NCBI GenBank assembly: GCA_001661245.1
Contig: KV454011.1
Coordinates: 2,468,987 to 2,514,465 of the forward strand
Reading direction: 5' to 3'
DNA length: 45,479 nucleotides
DNA from: Pachysolen tannophilus NRRL Y-2460
Lineage: Eukaryota
The translations under genes were made by a program, and so were the position numbers. Below the pieces are notes generated by a model. The model was not told the origin of the DNA, ran no database searches, and saw nothing but the letters and a program-made list of their open reading frames with translations. The first letter of the stretch is position 1. Every line of letters begins with the position of its first letter. Of the stretch, positions 13,687-25,900 are shown in pieces.

Positions 13687-14112
13687 TTAAAAATTTAACA
13701 AATTAAATAACTTTTCTTTTTCCTTTTTCCTTTATCTCGTTTAGTCAATTTTTATAGTTGCTAATCCATTGTACCGATAAGTTAACCCCCAGTCACCTCC
13801 CACTTATTGTGCCCGCCCCCGTTTTCTTGTTTTGCTAAAAAAAAAAAAAAAAATTCCAAAAAAAAAAAAATTTGTTTTTTTTTCCTTCGTTTAAAAGAAA
13901 AAAAAAGTTATCGAAATTTTTCAATTGACCCGTACTAAAAAAAATGTAAAATGTACCAAAAAAAAATGCATCAAAAATCCAACAAAAACATACATAAGAT
14001 TGATGAACATATAAAATATATATATATAAATAATTCATTAGCTAATAAGAATTAACTTATATATAATTTATAAATTCATAATTTTTATAAATTGATCAAA
14101 TTTTGTAATTAA

Positions 14113-14152
<40 letters not shown>

Positions 14153-14287
14153 ATATTTATATTTTTCATTTCTATTATCTTGAATTGTGAGATAAAAGGT
14201 AAATAATAGATTTCAAATAGTTTAAATTTTTATTTTTTTTTTTTTTATTTTTTATTTTTTTTATTTTTTGATTTTTAATTTGGCAAG

Positions 14288-16315
14288 ATGACTAGTCCAC
14301 CAAGAGAACATAATGTTGTACATGAAGCCAATGGGGTTCATACAAGACTGACTCCAAAAGATTTTTATTCAAAGCAGCCGAATAAGTCGATTGATCAAAT
14401 TGAACATTATTATGAAATGTATGAAAAATCGATTAAGGATCCAGAAGGATTTTTTGGGCCATTAGCTAGAGAATTTTTACATTGGGATAAAGATTTTAGT
14501 AAAGTTAAAACTGGATCTTTAAAAGAAAATGATAGTCCAGCTTGGTTTATTGGTGGAGAACTTAATGCTTCTTATAATTGTGTTGATAGACATGCTTTTG
14601 CTAACCCGGGGAAACCTGCTATAATATTCGAAGCAGATAATGAAGAAGAATCAAGAATAATTACTTTTGGAGAATTATTAAGACAAGTTTCAGAAGTTGC
14701 TGGTGTCTTGAAAAGTTGGGGTGTTAAAAAGGGAGATACTGTTGCAATTTATTTACCAATGACTGCTGAACTGATTGTTGCAATGTTGGCTGTTGTAAGA
14801 TTAGGTGCTATACACTCTGTCATTTTTGCCGGTTTTAGTGCTGGATCAATTAAAGATCGTATTGTAGATGCAGGTTGTAAAGCTGTTATTACTTGTGATG
14901 AAGGTCGTAGAGGTGGTAGAATTGTTAATACCAAAAAAATTGTTGATGAAGCATTAAAAGAATGTCCAACAGTGGAACATGTTTTAGTTTTCCAAAGAAC
15001 TGGTAATGAACTGGTTGAAATGACTGTTGGTAGAGATTATTGGTGGAATGAAGAAACTAAAAAATTTAGAGGTTATTTTCCTCCTGTTCCTGTTAATAGT
15101 GAAGATCCATTGTTTTTATTATATACTTCAGGTTCAACAGGTTTACCAAAAGGTGTGGTTCATTCAACAGGTGGTTATTTGTTAGGAGCAGCATTAACAA
15201 CTCGTTATGTATTTGATGTTCATCCAGAGGATGTCTTATTCACTGCTGGTGATGTTGGTTGGATCACAGGACATACTTATGCATTATATGGTCCATTAGT
15301 ATTGGGTACTCCAACAGTCATCTTTGAAGGTACTCCTGCTTATCCAGATTATGGTAGATTTTGGAAAATTATTGAAAAACATAAAGCAACTCATTTTTAT
15401 GTAGCACCAACTGCATTAAGATTATTGAAAAAAGCTGGACAAGATTTAATTTCAAAATATGATTTATCATCTTTAAGAACTTTAGGTTCTGTTGGTGAAC
15501 CAATTGCCCCAGAACTTTGGGAATGGTATAATGAACATATTGGTAAAGGTAATTGTCATGTTTCTGATACTTATTGGCAAACAGAGTCTGGTTCACATTT
15601 AATTGCCCCATTAGCTGGTGTTGTCCCAGCTAAACCAGGTGCAGCAACAGTACCATTTTTTGGTATTGACGCATGTATTATTGATCCAGTAACTGGTAAA
15701 GAATTATTTGGAAATGATGTTGAAGGTGTCTTGGCAGTTAAATCATCATGGCCATCAATGGCAAGATCTGTATGGAAAAATCATACCAAATATTTAGATA
15801 CATATTTAAAAGTATACCCAGGTTATTATTTTACAGGTGATGGTGCAGGTAGGGACCATGATGGTTACTATTGGATTAGAGGTAGAGTTGATGATGTTGT
15901 TAATGTCAGTGGTCATAGATTATCAACTTCTGAAATTGAAACTGCATTATTGGAAGATAAAAAAGTTTCTGAAGCTGCAGTTGTAGGTATATCTGATGAA
16001 CTTACTGGTCAAGCAGTTGTTGCTTTTGTTTCTTTGAAAAGTGATGATGTTGCTAAAGGTGAAGAATTAGCTGCATTAAGAAAATCTTTAATCATGCACG
16101 TTCGTGGAGTGATTGGTCCCTTTGCAGCTCCTAAATCTGTTATTGTTGTTGATGATTTACCAAAGACAAGGTCTGGTAAGATTATGAGAAGAGTATTAAG
16201 AAAAGTTACTAATGGTGAGGCTGACCAATTGGGTGATATGTCAACTTTGGCTAATCCATCTTCTGTCGATAGTATTATTGCATCAGTTGCAGAGCAATTT
16301 AACGTTGCCAAGTGA
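14288..16315 (+). CDS. ACS2: Acetyl-CoA synthetase
   Basis: [32 protein letters not shown] and [12 protein letters not shown] motifs; short [10 protein letters not shown]-terminus typical of Acs2. Confidence 0.93.
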   Translation: MTSPPREHNVVHEANGVHTRLTPKDFYSKQPNKSIDQIEHYYEMYEKSIKDPEGFFGPLAREFLHWDKDFSKVKTGSLKENDSPAWFIGGELNASYNCVDRHAFANPGKPAIIFEADNEEESRIITFGELLRQVSEVAGVLKSWGVKKGDTVAIYLPMTAELIVAMLAVVRLGAIHSVIFAGFSAGSIKDRIVDAGCKAVITCDEGRRGGRIVNTKKIVDEALKECPTVEHVLVFQRTGNELVEMTVGRDYWWNEETKKFRGYFPPVPVNSEDPLFLLYTSGSTGLPKGVVHSTGGYLLGAALTTRYVFDVHPEDVLFTAGDVGWITGHTYALYGPLVLGTPTVIFEGTPAYPDYGRFWKIIEKHKATHFYVAPTALRLLKKAGQDLISKYDLSSLRTLGSVGEPIAPELWEWYNEHIGKGNCHVSDTYWQTESGSHLIAPLAGVVPAKPGAATVPFFGIDACIIDPVTGKELFGNDVEGVLAVKSSWPSMARSVWKNHTKYLDTYLKVYPGYYFTGDGAGRDHDGYYWIRGRVDDVVNVSGHRLSTSEIETALLEDKKVSEAAVVGISDELTGQAVVAFVSLKSDDVAKGEELAALRKSLIMHVRGVIGPFAAPKSVIVVDDLPKTRSGKIMRRVLRKVTNGEADQLGDMSTLANPSSVDSIIASVAEQFNVAK

Positions 16316-16822
16316 TCTCATTCACATGAAAATCACTATTTTATAAAAAACAGAAAAAAAAAAAGAAAAAAAAATTTTTTAATATATATATATATATCCC
16401 ATTCCATTGTGTTGCTTCTTTTTTTCTTCATTTTGTTTGATTTATAGATATACATATTTATACTTCTCAAATAATTTTTGTTCTTCTAAATCCTTTTCCT
16501 TTTATTTTTGTTTCATTCACTTTAGATAATATTTATCGTTATTTATTATTTACTACATTGTACTTAAATATTGGATTATGTGTGTGAATATGAATATGAT
16601 TTTAAATAAAATAATAAATGAATAAATACTAACCATCATATACATATATGCACATAAAAATAAATATTTATATATATATATATATCTATATGTAACTTAT
16701 TTTATCCTTTCTGGATTACTTTTTTTTTCTTTTCTTTTTAATTTCTTTTTGGTTTTTTTAAAATAATAAAATTTTTGAATACTAAGTTTCAAAAAATAAA
16801 AAATCAAGCTTCATTTTTGAAA

Positions 16823-18082
16823 TTATGAGCTTTCGGACAAGATAATATTCAACCTGTGAGCAACAGCATGGATAAATTCTTCAGTGGTAACCCAGCTATC
16901 TCTACTAGTTTCACCTCTATTAAAGGCTAAATCTTTAGTCATTTTACCATCTTTACTAACTGTTTCCAAAGTTGCTTGTTCTAAAGATTTACCAAATTTG
17001 ACCAAGGCTTCATTTCCATCTACTTTACCTCTTTGAATTAAACCTCTAGTCCAAGCAAAAATGGAAGCAATTGAGTTTGTAGAAGTTTCTTTACCTTGTT
17101 GATGTTGTCTATAATGTCTAGTTACAGTACCATGGGCAGCTTCTGATTCAAAAGATTTACCATCTGGAGTCATTAATACTGAAGTCATTAAACCTAAAGA
17201 ACCAAAACCTTGAGCAACAACATCAGATTGAACATCACCATCATAATTTTTCATTGCAATGATAAATCCACCTTTTGATTTTAACATTTGAGCAACCATA
17301 TCATCAATTAATCTATGTTCATAAAAGATTTTTTTAGATTCAAATAATGGTTTATATTCTTTTTCATAAATTTCTTGAAAAATATCTTTAAATCTACCAT
17401 CATATTTTTTCAAAATAGTATTTTTAGTTGTCATATATAAATCAAAACCTCTTTCTAATGCTAATTTAAAACAAGAATGAGCAAAATCAGTAATTGAAGC
17501 ATCAGTATTATACATACATAACGCAACACCAGCACCATCATAATGGAAAACTGGAATATCCAAAGGTTCTTTAGATTTATCATCAGGAGTGAAAACCAAT
17601 TTTAAATTACCAGCACCTGGAATAACAGCATCTGTTGCTTTATATTGATCACCAAAAGCATGTCTTCCAATAATAATTGGTTTTTCCCAGTTTCCAACCA
17701 ATCTAGGAATATTATTAATAATAATTGGTTCTCTGAAAACTGTACCACCAAGAATATTTCTAATTGTTCCATTTGGTGATTTCCACATTTTTTTCAATTT
17801 AAATTCTTCAACACGAGCCTCATCAGGGGTAATTGTTGCACATTTAACACCAACACCATATTTTTTAATTGCATTTGAAGCATCAACTGTAACTTGATCA
17901 TTTGTCTCATCTCTATATTCAATTCCTAAATCATAATATTTTAAATCAACATTTAAATATGGTAAAATTAATTCTTCTCTAATCATCTTCCAAATGATCC
18001 TAGTCATTTCATCTCCATCCATCTCAACAATTGGATTAGCAACATCAATTTTCTTAAAATTCAATTGGCTAGTACTAGACAT
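16823..18082 (-). CDS. IDP2: NADP-dependent isocitrate dehydrogenase, likely cytosolic
   Basis: ATG at 18082; [21 protein letters not shown] and [10 protein letters not shown] motifs. No mitochondrial presequence and no PTS1. Confidence 0.88.
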   Translation of the reverse strand: MSSTSQLNFKKIDVANPIVEMDGDEMTRIIWKMIREELILPYLNVDLKYYDLGIEYRDETNDQVTVDASNAIKKYGVGVKCATITPDEARVEEFKLKKMWKSPNGTIRNILGGTVFREPIIINNIPRLVGNWEKPIIIGRHAFGDQYKATDAVIPGAGNLKLVFTPDDKSKEPLDIPVFHYDGAGVALCMYNTDASITDFAHSCFKLALERGFDLYMTTKNTILKKYDGRFKDIFQEIYEKEYKPLFESKKIFYEHRLIDDMVAQMLKSKGGFIIAMKNYDGDVQSDVVAQGFGSLGLMTSVLMTPDGKSFESEAAHGTVTRHYRQHQQGKETSTNSIASIFAWTRGLIQRGKVDGNEALVKFGKSLEQATLETVSKDGKMTKDLAFNRGETSRDSWVTTEEFIHAVAHRLNIILSESS

Positions 18083-18378
18083 TCTTGGCAATCTATCGTT
18101 ACTAATTCAAAATTATCTTTGTTTTGTTTTGGTTTTGCTTCGCTTCGCTTTTCTTCAAACGATTTCTCCGCAATTAAGTCTTGTTTGTTAATTAATTATT
18201 TTTTTTTTTTTAATTATTATTATTAATATTAAAAAAAAATAAAAATAAAAAAAGCTTAATTATAATTTGGTGAAAAGGATAAAAGGAAAATATTTTATAC
18301 TTATTTTTAAAATTGAATTAAACATCAATTTGTAAATTGTTTTTACATTAAAAAGAAGGTCCAACGGATAAGCTTTTC

Positions 18379-18434
18379 AAGAACGTAAGAATGCAAGAAC
18401 CTAAGAACATAAGAACGTAAAAATATAAGAACGC
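18379..18434. repeat. Degenerate 8-bp tandem repeat, 7 copies (consensus AAGAACGT)
   Basis: aagaacgt aagaatgc aagaacct aagaacat aagaacgt aaaaatat aagaacgc. Confidence 0.85.
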
Positions 18435-18584
18435 TGGTGTAAGGTGTTTTGATTATTTTTTTTTTTATTTTATATGGGAAAACTAATAATTTAGTGAAAA
18501 TTTCGACCTAAAAAACTTTTTTTTTTTTTTTTTATTACTTTAATTGACAAAATTACTTAAAATGGTTGGTTGTAAAGGTTAACT

Positions 18585-18596
18585 TAATTTCCGGGG
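18585..18596 (+). promoter_or_regulatory. Candidate Mig1 site in the IDP2/NDL1 divergent promoter
   Basis: TAATTTCCGGGG matches an AT-box plus SYGGGG. Confidence 0.4.
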
Positions 18597-18899
18597 TCAA
18601 TGGCAATAAAATTAAAAAATTAAAGATTAATCAAAGTGCATACGCAAGAGTTTACAAAATTACGCAGATATGTACCGCTGAATGTGGATATAATGTGGTA
18701 CGCATAAAGGTTAGAGAGAGTGGGGAAAAAGCGGATAAATGAAGTGGAAATATGTGCACCAATTGAAGTGTTATTTTTTCTCTGCTGCGTACGCGTATTA
18801 ATGAATTCAAAAACAAAACAAGACTAGAATTCCTTATGAACTGACCACAAAGAGTTATATATATATATATATATATATCTATATGGTTGAGAGCAGAGT

Positions 18900-19838
18900 A
18901 TGAGGGATGATGAAGGTATCTGCGAGAATTTTGAACAGTTAATGGATGAGTTGAGCTATGAGGAAGCTGTTAAAGAAGTTGTGTCTTTGCGGAGAGAGCT
19001 TCAAGAATTTGAAAATTCATCAAAAGAATTAGAAGACGCGCTAGAATTAGAAATACAGGATTTAAATAATGAAAGAAATAAATTAAGAACTAATTTACAG
19101 ATGAAAAATGAAGAATTGAATGATTCAAAGAAAAAAATAATGGCTTTAGAGAATGAATTGATGCAACTTAGTAGTAAAAATAATGATTTAATATGTAAAT
19201 ATGAACAAGATATTTCTCAAAAAAAATCAAAACTTATACAATTTGAAATTGAAAGTGATAATTTAGAAACTGATACTAGAATTTTAAATTCTAAATTACA
19301 AACACAACAAGAAATAAATAATGAATTATTAGAAAAAAATATTATACTTCAATATGAAATTTCTGAAATAAATCATACATTAAATAATGAAAAATTAGAA
19401 AATTCAAATAATCAAATAAAAATTAATGAATTATTAAATAAGATAAATATTTTATCTTTACAAAATGAAAGATATAAAGTAATCATGGGAAAACCAAGAA
19501 AAGTTTCAGAATTTAATACACCTCCTTTATCATCATCAAAATTAGAATCACAAGAACAAATTATACCAAAACAGATAGAACTTAATGATTTACCTTACGA
19601 AAATGGTTATCGTCACCATAGATTAAGTAGATTAGGTTCTAAGAAAAAAAATGAAGTAATTGGAAGATCATTTTCTATAACAAAGAAACAGAAACAAAAA
19701 CAACAAAATAATGATGAAAATAAAGAAAATTTAAGCAATACTACTACATCTGCTTTAGATTCAAAATTAATACAAGATGAAAAAAATCAAGATCTTAATA
19801 AAAATGGAAAAATAAGTAAATGGAAAATTTTCCGTTAA
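18900..19838 (+). CDS. NDL1: NudE-family dynein regulator
   Basis: ELQEFENSSKELEDALE and FEIESDNLE NudE coiled-coil motifs; convergent with MCP2 as in S. cerevisiae. Confidence 0.85.
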   Translation: MRDDEGICENFEQLMDELSYEEAVKEVVSLRRELQEFENSSKELEDALELEIQDLNNERNKLRTNLQMKNEELNDSKKKIMALENELMQLSSKNNDLICKYEQDISQKKSKLIQFEIESDNLETDTRILNSKLQTQQEINNELLEKNIILQYEISEINHTLNNEKLENSNNQIKINELLNKINILSLQNERYKVIMGKPRKVSEFNTPPLSSSKLESQEQIIPKQIELNDLPYENGYRHHRLSRLGSKKKNEVIGRSFSITKKQKQKQQNNDENKENLSNTTTSALDSKLIQDEKNQDLNKNGKISKWKIFR

Positions 19839-19885
19839 TAATATATATAAATGTATAAATAAATGTTTTTTTTATTATTTATTTC

Positions 19886-21655
19886 TTAAACTGAAGATTT
19901 GTCATATATGAAAAAATTTCTAAAAATCATAATTAAATCATAAAAATACAATTTTTCAATTACTCTGTAATATTTCCATATTGCTTTAAATTCTCCAATA
20001 AACCAGTAAATTCCAAACTTCTTGGTTTTTTTATTATTATTTTCAATATCCTCATAGTATACAGTTTTAGCACAATATGTTGCCATTATTAAAAAAGTTC
20101 TTTCAGGACCCAATGGATTCTGTAAACTTTCATCTAAATGTCTTGTTAAATCATTCGTTTTCAATATCAATAAGACTACTCTTGGTAATGAACTTAGCAA
20201 TGTTACCAAGTCAGCAATTTTCCCCTCATTTATTAAAGCATTAGTCATGGTATCTACTTCATTAGAAGATCTTGCTGATGCCACATCTCCACTTAAAGCA
20301 TGTTTAAAATCTCTTCCAGTAATTGCAGCACATAAAATAGGAAATTGTCGATCTGTAATACCAGCAAAATTTTTTGAATGTATTCTCATACCTTCAAGAT
20401 CATGGTTAAACATTGCAAGCCAAAATTTTGCATAATCTCTTCTCATTTGTTGAGTAATATTTCTATATAGACCATGATCATATAATACAATTTCAAAATT
20501 ATGAGGATTTAAAGGATTTGGCATTGATGAACGAATTGCTAAATTTCCACCATGTGGATCACAATGAACTCCTACTTCAGGAGTGAAAATCATATTATTA
20601 AAAATATGTGAAAGACAAGATGAAACTTGTGATCTTGAAATATTATTTTTTTTTAAATATTCCAAATCATCTAATCTATGACCACCAATATATTCCATTA
20701 TTAATATTCTTTTATTTGAAGATTTTACTTGAGGAATTCTTAAAGCTGTTTGTTTTGTAAATTTTTTAAAATATGAAGCAGTTTTCATTGCATTTTTTGC
20801 TTCATTATTAAAATCCAATTCTACGTATATTGATTCTTGTAATTCTTCACCTAACCAAGTTAAAGGATATTCTGGGAAAATATTTAGCATTAACTTGAAA
20901 ACTGTTTGTGTCATTAGTATATCTATGGGGACAAATTCTTTTAATGAAGGGTGTTGACATTTGACAGCTACTTTTTCTCCAGTTTTTTTCAAGAAACCTA
21001 TATGTACTTGAGCTAATGAAGCAACACCTGCTGGTTTACGATCAAAATGTTCAAATAGTTCATCAATAGGAAAACCCAAGTCTTCAATAAATAAATTATT
21101 TATTTCTTCATAATCACTTTCAGGACAATTATCTTGTAGAGGAATCATTGTTCTTGTCCATTCTGGAGGTAATAAATAACTCATTGCACTAATATGCTGA
21201 CCTAATTTAATATATATTCCACCATTTTTTTCTAAAGCTCTCAATGTGATCAAAGCAGCTTTCTTATGAGTCTTTGATAATGCAGCTTGTTTTGCTGATT
21301 CATCAGTAAAATTAGAAAATCTTAAAACTTTACCATATAAATAAAAACATCTAATTGTCGCTACTGTAACAACCCCAATTCTCTTTATTGTAAAATAACC
21401 ATGCCTCACTGTATCATGGAAACTCTGATTTGTATTATACAATATTACCCCCGATACTGCAAATGATGAAATGAAGATAAGTTTATATTTGAGATTTCTA
21501 TTTTGTGGTAGAAAACGATCTATTATTGGTGGTGTCTTTGTAGTTGTGGTTGAGAAAAAATCGTGCCCCGATGATATCAACCCCTGACGAGGTATCTTTA
21601 CACCTCGAAAATAAAATCTTGTTAAGATGGCTCTCCCACTTTTATATTGAATCAT
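19886..21655 (-). CDS. MCP2: Mitochondrial ABC1/UbiB-family atypical kinase (Mcp2/Cqd2, ADCK1-like)
   Basis: GGIYIKLGQH, ASLAQVH, VAVKCQHP, HCDPHGGN and LYDHG motifs; presequence-like N-terminus. Confidence 0.88.
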   Translation of the reverse strand: MIQYKSGRAILTRFYFRGVKIPRQGLISSGHDFFSTTTTKTPPIIDRFLPQNRNLKYKLIFISSFAVSGVILYNTNQSFHDTVRHGYFTIKRIGVVTVATIRCFYLYGKVLRFSNFTDESAKQAALSKTHKKAALITLRALEKNGGIYIKLGQHISAMSYLLPPEWTRTMIPLQDNCPESDYEEINNLFIEDLGFPIDELFEHFDRKPAGVASLAQVHIGFLKKTGEKVAVKCQHPSLKEFVPIDILMTQTVFKLMLNIFPEYPLTWLGEELQESIYVELDFNNEAKNAMKTASYFKKFTKQTALRIPQVKSSNKRILIMEYIGGHRLDDLEYLKKNNISRSQVSSCLSHIFNNMIFTPEVGVHCDPHGGNLAIRSSMPNPLNPHNFEIVLYDHGLYRNITQQMRRDYAKFWLAMFNHDLEGMRIHSKNFAGITDRQFPILCAAITGRDFKHALSGDVASARSSNEVDTMTNALINEGKIADLVTLLSSLPRVVLLILKTNDLTRHLDESLQNPLGPERTFLIMATYCAKTVYYEDIENNNKKTKKFGIYWFIGEFKAIWKYYRVIEKLYFYDLIMIFRNFFIYDKSSV

Positions 21656-21994
21656 GATAAATCCACAAAGGAAAAGAAAAGAAAAAGAAAAAAAAAATTA
21701 CCAAACTTTTATGATGTCTATAATAATATCATGTATTATTATTCCCTTTTGCTTTATTCCTGCTATAACTATTTTGTCTCTTGTTTTTTTCACTTCTTTC
21801 CCTTTTCAGTGATTTTTCAAAATTTACTGAAAAAAAAAAAAAAAAAAAAAAATTAACAGAAAAAAGAACAGCGCGCAAGTTAGAAAGTAAGCGGTACGCT
21901 TTTGCCCTTTAAAAAAGCGTATCGATACAATCGTGAGAACAGTATCAAAAAGTACCAAAAAAAATCTTTTTTTTTTCTTTCTTTCTCCTCTGCC

Positions 21995-22401
21995 ATTGGC
22001 TTACACGGTTACTGAGCTATTGGGCTACTTGGTTACTGAGTAAGCGCCCCGTGTCATTAACTTCTTTTTTTAAATTGGCAGTGTTTTTTTTTTCCAATCG
22101 ATATGTCCGCGAACTAAACATTTGCTCTTACTAACGCCAATTGGGATTTTTAAAACATGCATTTATGACCGATGGAAGAGATAAAAAAAAAAATAAAAAT
22201 TTTTTATTTATTTATTTTTGCTCGTATTGTACGCGCGTAAAGTAATTCGTCATCTTTTTGCTCGTTATACAAAATTTTTTAAAATTAGGTCACAATAGAC
22301 AGATAATAAGACACCGGAGTGAGATCTTCATTCCGAGCGTCTTTTGACGGTTAAATCAGAAAAAGAAGCAAAAAGAAAAAAAAAACCGTAGCGCTACCAA
22401 T
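21995..22401. promoter_or_regulatory. CCAAT-box cluster with Yap-like sites in the MCP2/HAP1 divergent promoter
   Basis: ATTGG at 21995, 22019, 22074 and 22140; CCAAT at 22094, 22137 and 22397; TTACTGAG at 22009 and 22033; TTACTAA at 22128. Confidence 0.5.
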
Positions 22402-22952
22402 ATACAAGATCGTCTTGTATAATGGCTAATATTTGAATATTTGTAAATTGTATTCTGTAATATCTATCCAACTCCGTTTATTATATTTATCTTATACATT
22501 CTTTATTTTCTTTATTGTTTTAGTTAAAAAAACTCGTTTTTTTCTATTTTTTTTCTTCTATTTTTTTTCTAATTTTTTTTATCTATTTCATCGACGTTTC
22601 CCTTTTAGAACCGGTTTGAATCCTTGCTTTTAGAGACATAATCCAGTTTGCAAAGGTCTAGAAGCCTTTTTTTGACACTAGCCTCATAGTACGAATAACA
22701 AAGGGTCTGCATGTTTAAGCATCAGTTACCATTACGGTGAGGAAAGGGTTTTTTCTAGCCTAAGTAATATATTATTTTGATCTTTTTTTACTTCTATTCT
22801 TCTTTCTTGACTTTCTTTAACCTTTTCTATTTCTTTATTTCTTTAATTCGTTTATTGAGTCTTTGTTCTTTTTTTTTTTATTTTTATTTTTTTTCGTTTG
22901 ATTTTTTTTTTATCTACTTTTGTTTTGTTTTTATTTGGTTCTGTGGTAGAGA

Positions 22953-25900
22953 ATGACGCAGGGCGGAAGTTCTTCTCCCAACGTCACTGACAATCCAGTG
23001 ATACGGAAAGATATTATTGCTGATAATACAAAATCAAGATCTCCAAGAACAAAGACAAATACAAGAAAGAGAAATAGAGTTCCAATATCTTGTACCATTT
23101 GTCGAAGAAGAAAAGTTAAGGTATGTTTTAATTTTTTTTTTTTTTTTTTCTTTTCGTTTAAAATTTCAATTACTAACAATATAATTTTTCATGTTTTTTT
23201 TTTTTTTATTAGTGCGACAAAGGAAAGCCAACTTGCAGTAATTGCAAAAAAAATAGTGTTTCTCATTTGTGTTTTTATTTACAGCCTTCTTGGGCGAAAG
23301 AACTAGAAGATGATGAATTGAAGTTTCCAGTTGGTCCTAAAGAGAAAGAGAAAGAAAAAGAAAAAGTGAATAGAGTTGATTCAGATAATAATAGTGATAC
23401 AGATTCAATAAATAAAGATGAAGAAATTATTTTATTGAGACAAAAAATTAAAGATTTGGAAGATATTATTAAATCGAATAATAATAACCGTGATAATTCT
23501 AATAAATCTATTAAGAATGAGTCGGAATCAACCATTGTATCTGGATCTACTTGTTCTAAAAATCAAAATTTTGAAACAAAAGATTCAATTTCAAATCCAT
23601 ATAATGCTGAATTAGAACAAATTGATTTGATTAAAAATTTTAATATCTTGTATACTACAAAGAGAAGTAATAAACATAGCTTCCCAATCATTTATCAAAT
23701 AAGTGTTATGTCCTGGTTATTTATTATTAAAAATGACAGTTATTTAAATGATTTATGGATAAAAATATTTAATTTACGAAAATATTATGAACATCAATAT
23801 GGGAGTAGTGAAACAACTGAAACAAGTGAAAAACTTTTGGAATTATCAAGACAATCAAATATTTTAATTAAAAGTATAAAAGAGAAATCATCAGGAAATA
23901 ATTTTTCAACTGGGAGTAATGTTAATACAGAAATTGATTATACTAATTTTGATTTTAATAAAAATATCTTAACTTCATCTACATTGGAAGATAAAAATAA
24001 ATTTAAACAAGATAAACAAAGAGTTGAAGAAATTTGTCCTTTGAACCATACAAAGGGAAATGGAAGTAATATTGGGAACCAACAATATACATATAAAATT
24101 AATAAATCTGAAAATTCTGATAAATTACCTGAAACAAGAGATGATTCAGTTTGCCCAGTTCAACACATTAATAGAGAAAATTTAAATAAAGGAACAGAAA
24201 ACATAAAATTAGAAAGAAGTAATTCAAAACCTTTGGAATTTAAGAAAGTTGTCAAGGAGGATCAACATCCATTACCTCAATCTGTCTTACAATGCCCTAT
24301 GATAAGACATGATGGTGGATTGAAACAGCTTGTTGATAAAAGATGTCCTATGTTAGCTTCAGATTTTGAAAAATTGGCTGATGATGAAGATAATGATGAT
24401 TCTAAAGTTTGCCCTTTAATGCTTGGTGATGCAAAGACTGTTTTCAGGCAAAGATTATTGAAAAATTCATTGAGAAGAATGAGCTCTAACATGGAAAACA
24501 TGCCACAAAATTCTAATAATGGTTGTCCTGTTGTTGGTTGTGATTCCAATAAGAATAAGAAGAAAAGAAAATTAAACTCTACATCGAAAAATGTCAAGTC
24601 TCCAGGACTGTCAATTGATATCAAAAGTATTAATTTCACTGATACAAGACAAACTGTATCAATTATTGAAAAAAATTTACCAAATAAAAAAATTGTTTGG
24701 TTATTGCTTAATAGATTTTTCGAAAAATTATACATTCATTTACCAATAATTGATGAATTTGCTTTTAGAGAAAGAATTACACATCTTATCGGAGGATTAG
24801 ACGATGATTCTGTTACTCAAAGAATAAAATTAGCAGATACAATAAGTTACGAATATAATGAAGAATTTATGAATATTTGTTTGTTAATTGTGATTTTAAG
24901 ATTAAGTTGGTTATCTTTACCTAATAATGTACCGAGAAAGTTTGACCAACAATCTGCACATCATCAGGAATTAACCCAAGAAGAGAGAATATTAATTAAA
25001 CCAGAAAATACAATACCAATCATTTTAGTAGATTTGGTTAAGGAAGTTTTCAGTAATATTAAAATTTTAAGTAAACCAGCAATCATTATTTTACAATGTG
25101 GTATATTTTTAAAATACTATAATATATTCTCACCGGAAGATGGTTTTGAGTTGGATGATAGTTACAATGGTGGGAATCATACAAATACAAATATTTCTGG
25201 TGAACCAGAAACTTTGAACTTAAATTCATCGATTTATTTGAATAATTTGATTTCTTTAGCGAAAACTATTGGTTTAAACAGAGATCCTTCAATGTTTAAA
25301 AATTTCCAAAACTCGGATGATGATGACGATAGTACTAAAGTCAAGTTGTTTAGGAAAAGGCATTTATGGAGAAAATTATGGTATTCATTAATAAACTTGC
25401 ACGTAATAACGGACATTAGTCTGGGTGATTATTCAAAGCACTTAAATATCAACATTTATGATAATAGATTCAAAGATAGTCATTGCAGTTGTAACGAATA
25501 TTGGGATTGTAAACAACCAGGCGATGTGGAATTTGATATGATTTCCAAAAGTTTTACTGGTGAAACAGATCATGATGAGTTGAGTTATCTGAGAGAATTA
25601 AAAGTTGTAGAAAACTTTAAAGCAGAATATCAAGTAAATGTTTTAATCTTCAAGTCCATGAAGATTTTATTAGATTCTAACATTTCCTCTATGAAGTCAA
25701 GCATTGATGATATTTTAAATGAGTTTACTAAAATAGTTCATGATCAAAAAATCGAAGATAAGAATCAGATGTCATCACTTGGAAATAATAGTTTGAGATT
25801 TTCTCAGCTTTTAATAAAGTATGATAAAGACAAAGAATCCTTGTTGGACGCGTCTCTTAGAATCTATAGATTCAGAACGTTTTTACTTATTAAGATGTTA

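Noticed and set aside
13454..13800. LTR or retrotransposon remnant near the tRNA gene
   Set aside because: No TG...CA-bounded element or target-site duplication visible.
16790..16825. Cryptic peroxisomal signal by stop read-through in IDP2
   Set aside because: After TAA the frame reads FQK then stop; there is no SKL-like end.
18165..18177. 13-bp match TTAATTGCGGAGA shared with 43686-43698
   Set aside because: 13-mer matches are expected by chance in 45 kb of AT-rich DNA.
22953..23306. 117-aa ORF (and 34776..34982, 35055..35264) as separate genes
   Set aside because: They are first exons read into introns, or an off-frame reading of exon 2, of the spliced zinc-cluster genes.
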